Shown: positions 8,559 through 18,946, numbered from the stretch's first letter. The stretch is 52,768 nt of DNA from Candidatus Nomurabacteria bacterium RIFCSPHIGHO2_12_FULL_37_29 (GCA_001785675.1 MFUJ01000013.1:1-52768), one strand, 5' to 3'. The notes: generated by a model from the letters alone, not told the origin. A program made the numbers and translations.

Positions 8559-9584
8559 TTACTTAATAAAATTGCCTGTTTTAATAACATGATCTACCAA
8601 TGTGTATGTATACCCCATTTCATTATCATACCAACCCATTACTTTTACGAGATTGCCTCCAACAACTCTAGTTAAACCAAGATCAGCAATACAACCGTAA
8701 GGACTTCCAATAATATCACTAGACACAAGTTCTTCTTCTGTAACAGAAAATATTCCTTCCCACCGCTTCTCGTCCGCTGCTTTTTTAAGAATACTATTCA
8801 CCTCTTCCGCAGTTGTATTTTTCTTTGAAATAAAAGTAATATCAACCAAGGACCCAGTTATCATGGGCACACGTACGGCTAAACCATCAAAGAGTCCCGC
8901 AAGTTTAGGAAATGCTTTGGTAACAGCAATAGCTGAACCAGAAGATGTTGGTACAATATTGTGACCACCTGCCCGCCCTTCACGTATATTGTGTTTATTA
9001 ATACTATCAACCGTAGGTTGGCTATTGGTCAATGCGTGAACTGTGTTTAAAAGAGCTTTTTCTACTCCAAGTCCCGCATCAAGAATTGCTATCAGTGGAC
9101 TGCCTGCATTTGTAGTACACGAAGCATTGGAAGTAATATCACAGGTACCAAATTTTTCTTCATTAACTCCAAGCAGTATGGTTTGCCCAACTGTGCCATC
9201 GCTGTCTTTGGCCGGCGCAGTAATGACGACTTTTTTTGCACCCGCATCTAGGTGAACTTTACAACTCTCATAAGTAACAAATATGCCGGTTGATTCAACT
9301 ACTACATCTACCCCTAAATCTTTCCAAGGAAGAAGGGTCGGATCTTTTTGAGCCAGAAATTTTATTTTTTTACCATCAATTACTAGATACTCACCTTCGT
9401 GTTTTATATCATTGCATTTCCATTTACCATAAGCAGTGTCGTACTTAAGCAAGTAAGTCATATTATCGATACTACCTAAATCATTGACTGCTACTATTTC
9501 AATCTCGGGTCTATCCCAAGCAATTTTTAAAAATGCCCTGCCGATTCTGCCAAAACCATTAATGCCAACTTTGATTTTTTTCAT
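8559..9584 (-). CDS. gap: Type I glyceraldehyde-3-phosphate dehydrogenase
   Basis: KVGINGFGRIGR and SNASCTTN active site. Start moved from 9590 to the ATG at 9584 (MKKIKVGING) because of the -10 spacing. Confidence 0.93.
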   Translation of the reverse strand: MKKIKVGINGFGRIGRAFLKIAWDRPEIEIVAVNDLGSIDNMTYLLKYDTAYGKWKCNDIKHEGEYLVIDGKKIKFLAQKDPTLLPWKDLGVDVVVESTGIFVTYESCKVHLDAGAKKVVITAPAKDSDGTVGQTILLGVNEEKFGTCDITSNASCTTNAGSPLIAILDAGLGVEKALLNTVHALTNSQPTVDSINKHNIREGRAGGHNIVPTSSGSAIAVTKAFPKLAGLFDGLAVRVPMITGSLVDITFISKKNTTAEEVNSILKKAADEKRWEGIFSVTEEELVSSDIIGSPYGCIADLGLTRVVGGNLVKVMGWYDNEMGYTYTLVDHVIKTGNFIK

Positions 9585-9599
9585 AGACATATTATATCA
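9585..9599 (-). promoter_or_regulatory. Extended -10 box abutting the gap start (leaderless-type)
   Basis: TGATATAAT-ATGTCT-ATG (6 nt to the second ATG). Confidence 0.5.
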
Positions 9600-9652
9600 C
9601 ACCATTTTAATCGTAAAAACATCCCTTATCTTGTCTAATCTAAAACTAAATA

Positions 9653-10450
9653 TTATTTATCTAAGCCACATATTTTTTCTATGAAAGGTTTTAGTCTTTC
9701 AAATTCGGATAATATTCGTGAGCTTACTTCCAAAACTGCTTGATCATAATCAATTTCTCCACTTAATCCTTTTGCAACAAGGTCATCATGTTGATCACCC
9801 ATTTCTTTTGATATTTCAAATAAAGAGGAACATAGCCAATGCTGGCTCTTTCTTAGATTTTCTAATGCTGGAATTTGAACAAGGTTTCCAAATAATCTAA
9901 TCTTTTTCCTAAGAAGATGAAAAGTGGCTACAGGAAGTTTTTTTTCTTTAAAAATTTCTTGTATTTCAGACAACTCGTTGACTATGTGCCTAATAAAACC
10001 ATCTGTATCATCAAACTCTATGGGAAATTCGATATTATCTATATGAATTATAGTTTCTTGCTTAATTTCTTCGGATTGAACTACCCAATATCTGTCGTTA
10101 CATTGACCTAAGAAATAAAGAAATTTATTTAATGCTTCTGCAGATTTATGTTTAGAAGAAAAAAATCTACAATGATCTCTTAAAATTACCCCATATCGCC
10201 TGACTTGTTTTAGGTAAGCAAAACTTTCTTTATTAGGCTCTTTATTGAGACTATGTATAAATTTTTCCTTATTAAAAATAAATTCAAATGCTTTTTTTAC
10301 CTCCTCAAAAGAGTGCTTCCTATTGTCCTCGTTACTAAAAATATCTGAAAAATCTTCTATTGTGGGCTCTAGGTTGGGCTTGTTTCTAATCTCTGTAAAT
10401 CGAGAAACTAATATGGGAATGGGTTTTGTGTTTTCAATAGTTGGTTCCAT
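9653..10450 (-). CDS. Hypothetical protein (265 aa), sequence suggests mostly helical
   Basis: Intact ORF. Basic helix motifs QVRRYGVILRDHCRFF and FHLLRKKIRLF vaguely resemble CHAD-type helices. No confident family call. Confidence 0.5.
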   Translation of the reverse strand: MEPTIENTKPIPILVSRFTEIRNKPNLEPTIEDFSDIFSNEDNRKHSFEEVKKAFEFIFNKEKFIHSLNKEPNKESFAYLKQVRRYGVILRDHCRFFSSKHKSAEALNKFLYFLGQCNDRYWVVQSEEIKQETIIHIDNIEFPIEFDDTDGFIRHIVNELSEIQEIFKEKKLPVATFHLLRKKIRLFGNLVQIPALENLRKSQHWLCSSLFEISKEMGDQHDDLVAKGLSGEIDYDQAVLEVSSRILSEFERLKPFIEKICGLDK

Positions 10451-10467
10451 GTTTTCGTTTTATATAA

Positions 10468-10905
10468 TTAATCGTTAAGGATGTAATGAAAGACTTTATC
10501 TAGAATTTTTTTTGCCTCCTCAAAAGTAATCAGTTGCTTTGCTTCTTCATAAATAACCCATTTTAACTCAGGAATTTCCTTTTTAAAATGATCTGGAGTT
10601 GTGGTAGACACAGAAGACACAAAGCCCAAAAAATATTTTACAGATTTATTGTGCTTCGAGCCATCTTTCTCGAAAAAATATTTTTCAGTATACGATTGGC
10701 CACCTATTATTTCTATGTCATTTATGCCAGACTCTTCTTCCATTTCTCTTATAGCAGTTTCTTCTTCAGATTCATTTAGATTCTGATGGCCTTTTGGAAA
10801 CCCCCAATGTCCTTGCGCATGACGAATAAGACAAACAAAAAAAATATTATCTTTATCTTTATAAATGGGTATGACACCAAATGACTGCTCCGTTTTTATC
10901 TCCAC
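10468..10905 (-). CDS. NUDIX hydrolase
   Basis: Nudix box GFPKGHQNLNESEEETAIREMEEESGI. Start moved to the GTG at 10905 (VEIKTEQSFGVIP). The longer ORF-track version overlaps dnaE and its promoter. Confidence 0.8.
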   Translation of the reverse strand: MEIKTEQSFGVIPIYKDKDNIFFVCLIRHAQGHWGFPKGHQNLNESEEETAIREMEEESGINDIEIIGGQSYTEKYFFEKDGSKHNKSVKYFLGFVSSVSTTTPDHFKKEIPELKWVIYEEAKQLITFEEAKKILDKVFHYILND

Positions 10906-10920
10906 CAATAAATTATACCA
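10906..10920 (-). promoter_or_regulatory. Extended -10 box abutting the NUDIX GTG start (leaderless-type)
   Basis: TGGTATAAT-TTATTG-GTG (6-nt spacer). Confidence 0.45.
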
Positions 10921-10937
10921 AAAAACAAAAGAAAGTG

Positions 10938-10950
10938 TATAATCAGAAAA
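10938..10950 (+). promoter_or_regulatory. -10 box abutting the dnaE start (leaderless-type)
   Basis: TATAAT-CAGAAAA-ATG (7-nt spacer). Confidence 0.5.
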
Positions 10951-13900
10951 ATGGAAAATACCAAAAAAACCTTCGTGCATTTGCATACCCACTCCCACTA
11001 TTCCCTTTTAGATGGGCTTTCAAAGCTTGAAGACTTAATCGATCTTGCTAAAAAATTTAATATGCCTGCCATGGCTATCACTGACCACGGCAACATGTAC
11101 GGCGCAATTGAATTCTATAAACTCGCTAAAAAAGAAGGTATCAAACCAATCATTGGAGTAGAAGCTTATGTGGCGAATCGTTCTAGAATGAATAAAGACC
11201 CCGGCATAGATAATAAAAGATACCATCTAACCTTGCTTGCAAAAAATCTTCAAGGTTATAAAAATTTAATGAAGCTTGTCACTATTTCAAATTTGGAAGG
11301 TTATTATTACAAACCCCGAATGGATAAAGAAATATTACGGAAATATGGAGATGGAATAATCGCTCTTTCTGGATGTCTGGGTGGAGAACTTTCCCGAGCC
11401 CTTGCAAATAAAGATATAGAGAAAGGAAAATTAATAATTAAAGAACATCAGGAAATTTTTGGTAAGGAAAATTATTTCTTAGAAGTCATGAAACATGGTA
11501 CCGTAGAGGGTAGTGAAGAAGTGCGCGCCTGTATTATTGAGCTCAGTCGTGAATTAAATATTCCACTTGTCGCTACTATTGACTCTCATTATCCCTGCAG
11601 CGATGACAACAAGGCTCATGATACACTACTCGCAATTCAAACAAATTCTGACATAAAAAACGAAAATAAATTCTCTTTTGGCGATGATGATTATTCTTTT
11701 GTAAGTGGAGAAAAAGCTGTTGAACTTTTTAGAGATATACCGGAAGCTGTAGTAAACACTGGAAGAGTGGCAGATATGTGCAACCTAGAACTTGAGCTAG
11801 GGTCTTGGGTTTTCCCTGATTATAAAATTGAGAAAGATAAAACACCGGATGAAAAATTACGCGAGCTTACTTATGCCGGTTTTGTTCGCCTCGAACTAAA
11901 AGAAACAGAGGCAATAAATGAAAGGGTGGAATACGAATTAAAAATTATTTTTAATAAGGGATATTCTCCCTATTTCTTAGTAGTCGGTGATCTTTTGCAT
12001 TATGCTAAAGAAAACGGAATCCTAACAACTATCCGTGGCTCGGTTGCCGGATCAATGGTGACTTATCTGCTCGGCATTACTAACGTAAATCCCATAGAAT
12101 ACAAGCTCCCGTTTGAAAGATTTTTAAATCCATTCCGTCCTTCAGCCCCGGATATTGATATGGATTTTGCCGACAATAGACGAGATGAAATGATTGAATA
12201 TACAAAGAAAAAATATGGCGAGGATAGAGTTGCACAGATTGGAACTTTTGGTACTATGATGGCGCGCGGCGCTGTACGTGACGTTGCTCGAGCATTGGCT
12301 CACCCTTATGCTATCGGTGACAGACTTTCAAAAATGATTCCAATTGGAGCCCAAGGTATGCCTATGACCATAGACCACGCTATGGAAATAGTGTCAGAAC
12401 TCCGTGATGCATATAAAAATGAAAAAGACACAAAAGAAATAATAGACTTGGCCAAAAAACTGGAAGGGTGTGTTAGGCATATTTCTGTACACGCCGCTGG
12501 AGTCGTTATCGCCCCTCTTCCACTTACTGAATATACACCACTTCAATATGATCCAAAAGGTGAAGCAATAATTACGCAATACGATATGTATTCTATTGAT
12601 CCTGACTATGGAGGAGGCGTCGGATTATTGAAATTTGATTTCTTGGGAATCAGAAATTTAGCGATTTTAGCTGATGCCATAAGTTTAGTAAAAAAATTCT
12701 ACAATATAAATATAGACATAGAACGTATTCCATTGGATGATAAAAAAACTTTCTCGCTTTTGGCTCGTGGCCAGACAGAAGGACTCTTCCAATTAAATGG
12801 TGCAGGCATGACAAGATATCTAAAAGAATTAAAACCTACCTCGATTCATGACATTAATGCGATGGTTGCTCTCTACCGTCCAGGACCAATGGAAATAATT
12901 CCAGAATATATTAAACGCAAACATAATTCAAAACTCGTAAAATATCTGGACCCACGAATGAAAAAATTTCTAGGTGAATCTTACGGACTCATCGTCTACC
13001 AAGACGATCTTCTCTTCTCTGCAATAGAGCTGGCCGGCTATAATTGGGAAGAGGCAGACAAATTTCGTAAGGCTGTCGGTAAAAAAATACCGACAGAAAT
13101 GGCGGCCCAAAGAGAAAAATTTACCAAGGGGATTATAAAAAACGGCCAGACTCCGGAATTCGCTGAAAAACTTTGGAAACTTTTTGAACCGTTTCAAGCT
13201 TATGGTTTTAATAAAGCACATGCGGCAAGTTATGGCAGGGTCGCCTATCAAACAGCTTACATGAAAGCAAATTATCCTGTTGAATATATGGCTGCGATAC
13301 TCACAGCCGAGTCTGGTGACATAGAAAAAATCTCTGAAATAATCAAGGAGTGCAAGAATATGGATATTCCCGTTTTGCCTCCAAACATCAATGAAAGTTT
13401 CGGGGGATTCACATGCTTGTCGGAAAAACAAGGAGTTAATATAGACAAAGAAAACAAAAGCTCTAAAATAAGATTCGGCTTTTATACGATAAAAAATTTG
13501 GGAACTGATATTTCGAACGCCATTATTGCCGAACGCAAAACACGCGGAGCATTTAAATCAATCAGTGATTTTCTAGACAGAATCAAACATAAAAATTTAA
13601 ACAAAAAGTCTATGGAAGCATTGATTAAATCAGGGAGCATGGATGAATGGGGCGACCGTGGAATATTTCTATTTAATCTTGAAGATATGCTCATTTATAA
13701 CCACGCATCGGGAAAGCAAAACGAAAATCAAACTTCTCTTTTTGGCGGATTGAAAGATACGGAAATTCAAACTTTTAAATTTAAAGATGCATCAAAAGCA
13801 ACTCAAGCAGAAAAACTGCTCTGGGAAAAAGAATTACTGGGACTTTATATTTCCGGGCATCCACTCGATCGCTTGCGGGGAAAATTAGAAAGTAGGAATA

Positions 13901-14193
13901 TAAATATTAGAAAAATAAAAGAAAATAAAGAAAATAATCTGGGGAATGGAATGCAAGTAACCATCGCTGGAATAATAGAAACTGCTAGACAAGTAATTAC
14001 TAAAAATAATGAAAGAATGGCATTCCTAAAAATTTCAGACTTGACTGACTCGATAGAAGCGGTGGCATTTCCCACTATATTTAAAGAATCGATTGACATA
14101 TTGGTTGCTGAAAAATGCATAGCCCTATCAGGCAAAGTATCGAACCGAAACGGCGAAAAAAGCATCATCATCGAAGCAGTCAAGGAGATTTAA
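10951..14193 (+). CDS. dnaE: DNA polymerase III alpha subunit
   Basis: PHP domain [15 protein letters not shown]. Pol III alpha core ([32 protein letters not shown]). C-terminal OB-fold region. Confidence 0.95.
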   Translation: MENTKKTFVHLHTHSHYSLLDGLSKLEDLIDLAKKFNMPAMAITDHGNMYGAIEFYKLAKKEGIKPIIGVEAYVANRSRMNKDPGIDNKRYHLTLLAKNLQGYKNLMKLVTISNLEGYYYKPRMDKEILRKYGDGIIALSGCLGGELSRALANKDIEKGKLIIKEHQEIFGKENYFLEVMKHGTVEGSEEVRACIIELSRELNIPLVATIDSHYPCSDDNKAHDTLLAIQTNSDIKNENKFSFGDDDYSFVSGEKAVELFRDIPEAVVNTGRVADMCNLELELGSWVFPDYKIEKDKTPDEKLRELTYAGFVRLELKETEAINERVEYELKIIFNKGYSPYFLVVGDLLHYAKENGILTTIRGSVAGSMVTYLLGITNVNPIEYKLPFERFLNPFRPSAPDIDMDFADNRRDEMIEYTKKKYGEDRVAQIGTFGTMMARGAVRDVARALAHPYAIGDRLSKMIPIGAQGMPMTIDHAMEIVSELRDAYKNEKDTKEIIDLAKKLEGCVRHISVHAAGVVIAPLPLTEYTPLQYDPKGEAIITQYDMYSIDPDYGGGVGLLKFDFLGIRNLAILADAISLVKKFYNINIDIERIPLDDKKTFSLLARGQTEGLFQLNGAGMTRYLKELKPTSIHDINAMVALYRPGPMEIIPEYIKRKHNSKLVKYLDPRMKKFLGESYGLIVYQDDLLFSAIELAGYNWEEADKFRKAVGKKIPTEMAAQREKFTKGIIKNGQTPEFAEKLWKLFEPFQAYGFNKAHAASYGRVAYQTAYMKANYPVEYMAAILTAESGDIEKISEIIKECKNMDIPVLPPNINESFGGFTCLSEKQGVNIDKENKSSKIRFGFYTIKNLGTDISNAIIAERKTRGAFKSISDFLDRIKHKNLNKKSMEALIKSGSMDEWGDRGIFLFNLEDMLIYNHASGKQNENQTSLFGGLKDTEIQTFKFKDASKATQAEKLLWEKELLGLYISGHPLDRLRGKLESRNINIRKIKENKENNLGNGMQVTIAGIIETARQVITKNNERMAFLKISDLTDSIEAVAFPTIFKESIDILVAEKCIALSGKVSNRNGEKSIIIEAVKEI

Positions 14194-14198
14194 GATTT

Positions 14199-14420
14199 TT
14201 ATAAAGATTTGTTCGTTAAACTTTTTTCTGTTAATTTTGCTCTTCTTATTGCTTCTTCTGGTGATATGACGCCATTCAGTAAATCGATCAGTATGTCTTC
14301 AACAAAGTCCACAGCACCTTTATTACCCTTATCTCCAATTTTATGTAATATTGTCAGTACCTCTTGGGCAGCATCCTTATGGGGATTTGTGGATAAATTA
14401 TATTTTATGTTTTCATGCAT
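14199..14420 (-). CDS. Hypothetical protein (73 aa)
   Basis: ORF only. TAATAT-ATATAT-ATG lies upstream. Confidence 0.35.
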   Translation of the reverse strand: MHENIKYNLSTNPHKDAAQEVLTILHKIGDKGNKGAVDFVEDILIDLLNGVISPEEAIRRAKLTEKSLTNKSL

Positions 14421-14435
14421 ATATATATTAAATTA

Positions 14436-14461
14436 ATTAAAAATCTCCCACCCAAGGCGGG
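14436..14461 (-). terminator. Intrinsic terminator downstream of pth
   Basis: Minus-strand RNA CCCGCC-TTG-GGTGGG contains a G-U pair that forms only on this strand. It is followed by AGATTTTTAATT. Confidence 0.6.
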
Positions 14462-14473
14462 CAGGCGTCGCTA

Positions 14474-15007
14474 TTAATTACAAAGAGACATCGCTTTTTC
14501 TTTGCCTTCAGAAAAAATAATTTCAATGGCTTCAGCTACTTTTTTCTCAAGCTTTTTGAGCACATCTAATTCTGATTTCTTGAATTCACCAAGAATGAAA
14601 TTTATCACCATTTTCTCTCCTTTCGGTTTTCTTATTTTACCAGATGGAGTCACTGAAGCTATGCCAATTCTAATACGCAAAAATTCCTCACTTTTCAAAG
14701 CCCTAATAACAGAACCCAAGCCATTATGTCCACCCGAAGAGCGATTAAAAGAAATTTTCATTTTCCCTAGAGGTAGATCAATGTCGTCATAAATAACCAC
14801 CAAATCTTTTAAATCTTTTTTATTTTTTACTAAAGGGGCGATCGTCTTTCCAGAATTATTCATGAAGGTGTCTGGCGTGAGAAATTTAATTTTGTTTTTA
14901 TTTTTATCTAATTTTTTCTCAACCATTCCAACCATAATGCGTCCAGTGTTATGCCTGGTATTCTCATACTCTTTTCCCGGGTTACCTAAACCAACAACAA
15001 TTTTCAT
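14474..15007 (-). CDS. pth: Peptidyl-tRNA hydrolase
   Basis: MKIVVGLGNPGKEYENTRHNTG and GGHNGLGS. Confidence 0.93.
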   Translation of the reverse strand: MKIVVGLGNPGKEYENTRHNTGRIMVGMVEKKLDKNKNKIKFLTPDTFMNNSGKTIAPLVKNKKDLKDLVVIYDDIDLPLGKMKISFNRSSGGHNGLGSVIRALKSEEFLRIRIGIASVTPSGKIRKPKGEKMVINFILGEFKKSELDVLKKLEKKVAEAIEIIFSEGKEKAMSLCN

Positions 15008-15022
15008 AAGTCTATAATATCA
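15008..15022 (-). promoter_or_regulatory. Extended -10 box abutting the pth start (leaderless-type)
   Basis: TGATATTAT-AGACTT-ATG (6-nt spacer). Confidence 0.5.
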
Positions 15023-15049
15023 TTCTGTGTTACTCCAAAGCAAGTTATA

Positions 15050-15697
15050 TTGGAAAACAAATTTATTCACTCTGTCAATACTTTTTTGTGCTATATTACT
15101 GAAGTGAAAGAAGAATTGGATAAAAAATTACAAGAAAAGACTCAAGAGAAAACCGGAGCGCAGTCGTTCTGGGAGCTAGTGCGTTTTGCGGTAATGGCAC
15201 TAATTATCGTTATACCCATCCGTGTATTTTTAGCGGAGCCCTTTGTCGTCTCAGGAAGTTCTATGGTTCCCACTTTTGAGGATGGAAATTATTTGATAAT
15301 AGATAAAATATCTTACAGATTAAATGACCCAAAAAGAGATGATGTGATTATTTTCCGATATCCGAATGATCAAACGAAGTTTTTTATCAAAAGAATAATC
15401 GGTCTCCCAAATGAAACAGTGGATATAAAGGGAGACGTTGTAATTATCACCAATGGAGAACACAAGGATGGATTAAAATTAAGTGAACCTTATGTAAAAA
15501 ATATTGCAAATAATATTTTACATTTTGAATTAAAAAGTGATGAGTATTTCGTAATGGGCGACAACAGAAGCGGCAGTTCTGATTCAAGATACTGGGGAGG
15601 AGTTAAGAGAAATCTCATCACAGGAAAAGCGTTCTTGCGTTTGTTGCCAGTAAAAAAGATAGACATACTGCCAGGCGACTATAAGCAAATAGAATAA
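15050..15697 (+). CDS. lepB: Signal peptidase I
   Basis: GSSMVPT (catalytic Ser), RIIGLPNE and GDNRSGSSDSRYWG. The ORF-track start is a TTG at 15050. An in-frame GTG at 15104 is preceded by TGCTATATT-ACTGAA and may be the true start. Confidence 0.88.
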   Translation: MENKFIHSVNTFLCYITEVKEELDKKLQEKTQEKTGAQSFWELVRFAVMALIIVIPIRVFLAEPFVVSGSSMVPTFEDGNYLIIDKISYRLNDPKRDDVIIFRYPNDQTKFFIKRIIGLPNETVDIKGDVVIITNGEHKDGLKLSEPYVKNIANNILHFELKSDEYFVMGDNRSGSSDSRYWGGVKRNLITGKAFLRLLPVKKIDILPGDYKQIE

Positions 15698-15699
15698 CT

Positions 15700-17022
15700 A
15701 TGAGGAAAATAAAAGAAAACAAAATACGCAAAGAAAGTAAAAACAAAACTGGAGATGTCTTCTCTCCTAAAGGAATGAGGGATTTAATGAACGAAGAATA
15801 TTATTCTTTTCAGGGCTTTTTTGAAAAGGCGCAAGAGATAGCGGTATATTACGGTTTCAAACCAATTGAAACTCCAGTGTTAGAACACAAAGAAATTTTT
15901 ACTACAGGCATAGGTAAGGGAACAGATATTGTAGATAAAGAAATGTACACATTGAAAACGAAAGGCGGAGACCATCTTGCCCTAAGACCGGAACACACAG
16001 CGCCACTGATGCGCGCGTATATTGAACACGGAATGCAAACTATGCCACAGCCAGTATTGCTTTATCAATACGGGCCCTCTTTTCGACACGATAAACCCCA
16101 ACGTGGACGTTATAGACAGTTTTGGCAATTTGACTGTGATGCTTTGGGAAGTGAAAAAAGTATTATGGATGCACTAGTGATTAAAACCTGTATGAGTATT
16201 TTAGAAGAATCTGGGGCGGAAAATCTTTCTATTGATATAAATTCAATAGGTGATAAAGAGTGCCGTAACGGATATATTAAAGAACTCACAAGTTATTATA
16301 GAAAAAATATAAATCAACTTCCGGCCATCGATAAAGAGCGATTAAAGATAAATCCATTACGCATATTAGACTCCAAAGAAGAAAAAACAAAAGAAATAAA
16401 CGTGGGTGCGCCGGATTCAGTTTCCTTTCTCTGCCCTTCTTGTAAAAAACATTTTAAAGAGGTGTTGGAATACTTAGAAGAGATGAAGATACAATATAAT
16501 ATAAATAAAAATTTAGTACGCGGGCTTTCTTATTACACCCGAACTGTTTTTGAAATCATAGAACAGAAAGGTACAGAAGACGACACACCGATGGCACTTG
16601 CAGGTGGTGGACGTTATGACTACTTAGCTCGCCAACTAGGAAGCAAGAAAGATGTTCCTGGTGTGGGATTTTCTATAGGAGTAGATAGGATAGTTACATC
16701 ATCTTGGTATAAAAAACTTGCACCCAGAATATTAAAAAAACCGAAAATTTATTTCATTCAGCTTGGTGGAGAGGCAAAATTGAAAAGTTTAAATATAATT
16801 GAAATACTACGCAAGGCGCATATTCCTATCGCCCAATCACTTTCTAAAGATAGCTTGGGAAGTCAATTGGCAATTGCCGAAAAACTAAATACCCCATACA
16901 CTCTTATCTTTGGAGTGAAAGAAGCACTAGACAATTCCGTAATAGTGCGAGATATGGCAAGTCGATCTCAAGAGACCGTAAAGCTAAGTAAGCTCTTGGA
17001 ATATTTAAAAGAACTTAAGTAA
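15700..17022 (+). CDS. hisS: Histidine--tRNA ligase
   Basis: Class II motifs: GMRD, LRPEHTAPLMR, RYRQFWQFDCD and GGGRYD. Confidence 0.93.
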   Translation: MRKIKENKIRKESKNKTGDVFSPKGMRDLMNEEYYSFQGFFEKAQEIAVYYGFKPIETPVLEHKEIFTTGIGKGTDIVDKEMYTLKTKGGDHLALRPEHTAPLMRAYIEHGMQTMPQPVLLYQYGPSFRHDKPQRGRYRQFWQFDCDALGSEKSIMDALVIKTCMSILEESGAENLSIDINSIGDKECRNGYIKELTSYYRKNINQLPAIDKERLKINPLRILDSKEEKTKEINVGAPDSVSFLCPSCKKHFKEVLEYLEEMKIQYNINKNLVRGLSYYTRTVFEIIEQKGTEDDTPMALAGGGRYDYLARQLGSKKDVPGVGFSIGVDRIVTSSWYKKLAPRILKKPKIYFIQLGGEAKLKSLNIIEILRKAHIPIAQSLSKDSLGSQLAIAEKLNTPYTLIFGVKEALDNSVIVRDMASRSQETVKLSKLLEYLKELK

Positions 17023-17086
17023 AATTAGTTTCTTCCAGACAGAATCTTAGACTCTATCTGGCTGTTGTAGGAAATAGTAAAATACA

Positions 17087-17650
17087 ATGCAAAAAAAAAT
17101 TCTTCAAAAAAATGAAAAGGTCTTGCGTCAAATAGCCAAAGAAGTACACGTCTCAGAAATTAAAACAATTAAAATAAAAAAGGTGCTGAAAGAAATGAAG
17201 GAGGCGTTGGAGAGCCAGGATGATGGTGTGGCCATAGCAGCGCCACAGATAGGATATAGGTTACGGATATTTATTGTTTCTGGAAAAATATTTGCTAAAG
17301 ATTTTACTAAAAATATAGAAGAAAAATTGCTAAATGAAAACAATGTAGTTAGTAAAAATGAAGTAAAAGAAAAAATAAAAAATATTATTTTTATCAATCC
17401 GAAAATTTCCAAACTTTCTCGTGAAAAGACTTGGATGCCGGAGGGTTGTCTCTCGGTCCGCCCCCTTTATGGTAAAACCTTTAGATCCACCAAAGCAACG
17501 ATTAACGCTTATAATGAAAATGGTAAGAAGATAACACGTGGCGCATCAGGGTTATTGGCGCAAATTTTCCAACATGAAGTAGACCACTTGAACGGTATAC
17601 TTTTTATTGACCACGCCAAAGACATAAAAGCGGAAATTCCGCAAAAATAG
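17087..17650 (+). CDS. def: Peptide deformylase
   Basis: AAPQIG, EGCLS and QHEVDHLNG motifs. A K/E-rich insertion lies between motifs 1 and 2. Confidence 0.9.
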   Translation: MQKKILQKNEKVLRQIAKEVHVSEIKTIKIKKVLKEMKEALESQDDGVAIAAPQIGYRLRIFIVSGKIFAKDFTKNIEEKLLNENNVVSKNEVKEKIKNIIFINPKISKLSREKTWMPEGCLSVRPLYGKTFRSTKATINAYNENGKKITRGASGLLAQIFQHEVDHLNGILFIDHAKDIKAEIPQK

Positions 17651-17687
17651 CTTATAGGTTTTAGCTGATAGCTTATTAAATAAAATC

Positions 17688-18530
17688 ATGAGTAAAATAA
17701 ATTTCGTATTTTTTGGTACAGGAGAAGAAGCGGTGTATGCGCTTGAAGCCATGCATTCAAAAGGGATTACCCCAAACTTGATTGTGACAGCACCAGACGG
17801 GCCTGTGGGCCGACATCAAGAAATAACTGCGCCACTAGCTAAAAAATGGGCACTCAAAAACAATGTGTCATTTTTTCAACCGGATAAAATTAACAAGGAG
17901 GCTATTTCAAAAATTGAAAAACAAAAAGCAGATATTTTTATAGTAGTTGGGTATGGTAGGATTATCCCAGAAGCACTCATTGATCTACCTCAATATAAAA
18001 CTCTCAACGTTCATACTTCTCTTCTACCGCAGTATCGCGGACCGACCCCTATCGAAGCACCTATCCTCGCGGGCGATAGCGTCACCGGAATAACCATCAT
18101 GATCATTGATAAAGAGTTTGATCATGGGCCGATAGTTGTGCAAGAAAAGTATCCACTAACTGGAAATGAAACCACCCCGGAACTCACAAAAATTTTATTC
18201 ACTCGAGGTGGTGAACTTTTGGAGAAAATTTTACCAGACTGGATTGCTGGAAAAATTAAAACCATAGAACAAGACCATGCACTCGCAACTTACACAAAAA
18301 AATTAAAAAAAGAAAACGGACAAATAAATTTAGAAGATGATCCGATAACTAACTGGAAAAAATTCCGCGCCTACATATCCTGGCCAAGGATTTTCTTTTT
18401 CCAAAATAGTAAGAGAGTCATCATTACTGATGCCAAATTCATAAACAATCAATTTGTGATTAAAAAAGTTCTGCCAGAAGGCAAAAAAGAAATAAATTGG
18501 GAAGAATTTAAAAAACAATCAAAAAATTAG
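17688..18530 (+). CDS. fmt: Methionyl-tRNA formyltransferase
   Basis: NVHTSLLPQYRGPTPI and DHGPIV. Adjacent to def. Confidence 0.9.
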   Translation: MSKINFVFFGTGEEAVYALEAMHSKGITPNLIVTAPDGPVGRHQEITAPLAKKWALKNNVSFFQPDKINKEAISKIEKQKADIFIVVGYGRIIPEALIDLPQYKTLNVHTSLLPQYRGPTPIEAPILAGDSVTGITIMIIDKEFDHGPIVVQEKYPLTGNETTPELTKILFTRGGELLEKILPDWIAGKIKTIEQDHALATYTKKLKKENGQINLEDDPITNWKKFRAYISWPRIFFFQNSKRVIITDAKFINNQFVIKKVLPEGKKEINWEEFKKQSKN

Positions 18531-18925
18531 TATTTGGAAGTAAAAGGATTCCTATTGGACAAGCCCTTCAACATTTTTTTGATGCTCGCGGCTCCGCGCT
18601 TAAAGAGCGTCTGACGGCGATCTTTGTTTTTGCTGATTTCTCTAAAAAGATTTTCTTTAACTCTATCTATTGCTTGATGTAGATCCTCTTGGTCGGCGCT
18701 GCCATAAAACTTTTCTCCCCGCATGTTGATCAAGCAGTCTGCATGAAAGATAGAGCCAGACTTGTGATGATTTGTGTTTTTGGAAACTTCAAAAGAAATT
18801 ATCACTTCGCCCCCATTTTCTTCAGCTTTTGAAAGCAACCTGCCCAGATTGGTTTCCTTTTTAAGAACATAATCTTTAATAGCCTCAGTCAATTCCATAT
18901 TTTTGCCTTGTAAATTTATTTGCAT
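18527..18925 (-). CDS. hpf: Ribosome hibernation promoting factor / RaiA family
   Basis: MQINLQGKNMELTEAIKDYVLKK... matches the sigma-54-modulation / S30EA family pattern. Confidence 0.85.
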   Translation of the reverse strand: MQINLQGKNMELTEAIKDYVLKKETNLGRLLSKAEENGGEVIISFEVSKNTNHHKSGSIFHADCLINMRGEKFYGSADQEDLHQAIDRVKENLFREISKNKDRRQTLFKRGAASIKKMLKGLSNRNPFTSKY

Positions 18926-18940
18926 CCTAGTATTGTATCA
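18926..18940 (-). promoter_or_regulatory. Extended -10 box abutting the hpf start (leaderless-type)
   Basis: TGATACAAT-ACTAGG-ATG (6-nt spacer). Confidence 0.5.
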
Positions 18941-18946
18941 TAATTT

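Noticed and set aside
10906-10998. A 31-codon N-terminal extension of the NUDIX ORF that overlaps dnaE.
   Set aside because: It overlaps the dnaE start and both divergent -10 boxes. An in-frame GTG with ideal promoter spacing gives a normal-length NUDIX protein.
12970-13431. A 153-aa minus-strand ORF, and several 60-112-aa ORFs, inside dnaE.
   Set aside because: They are antisense shadows within a full-length conserved dnaE and have no independent support.
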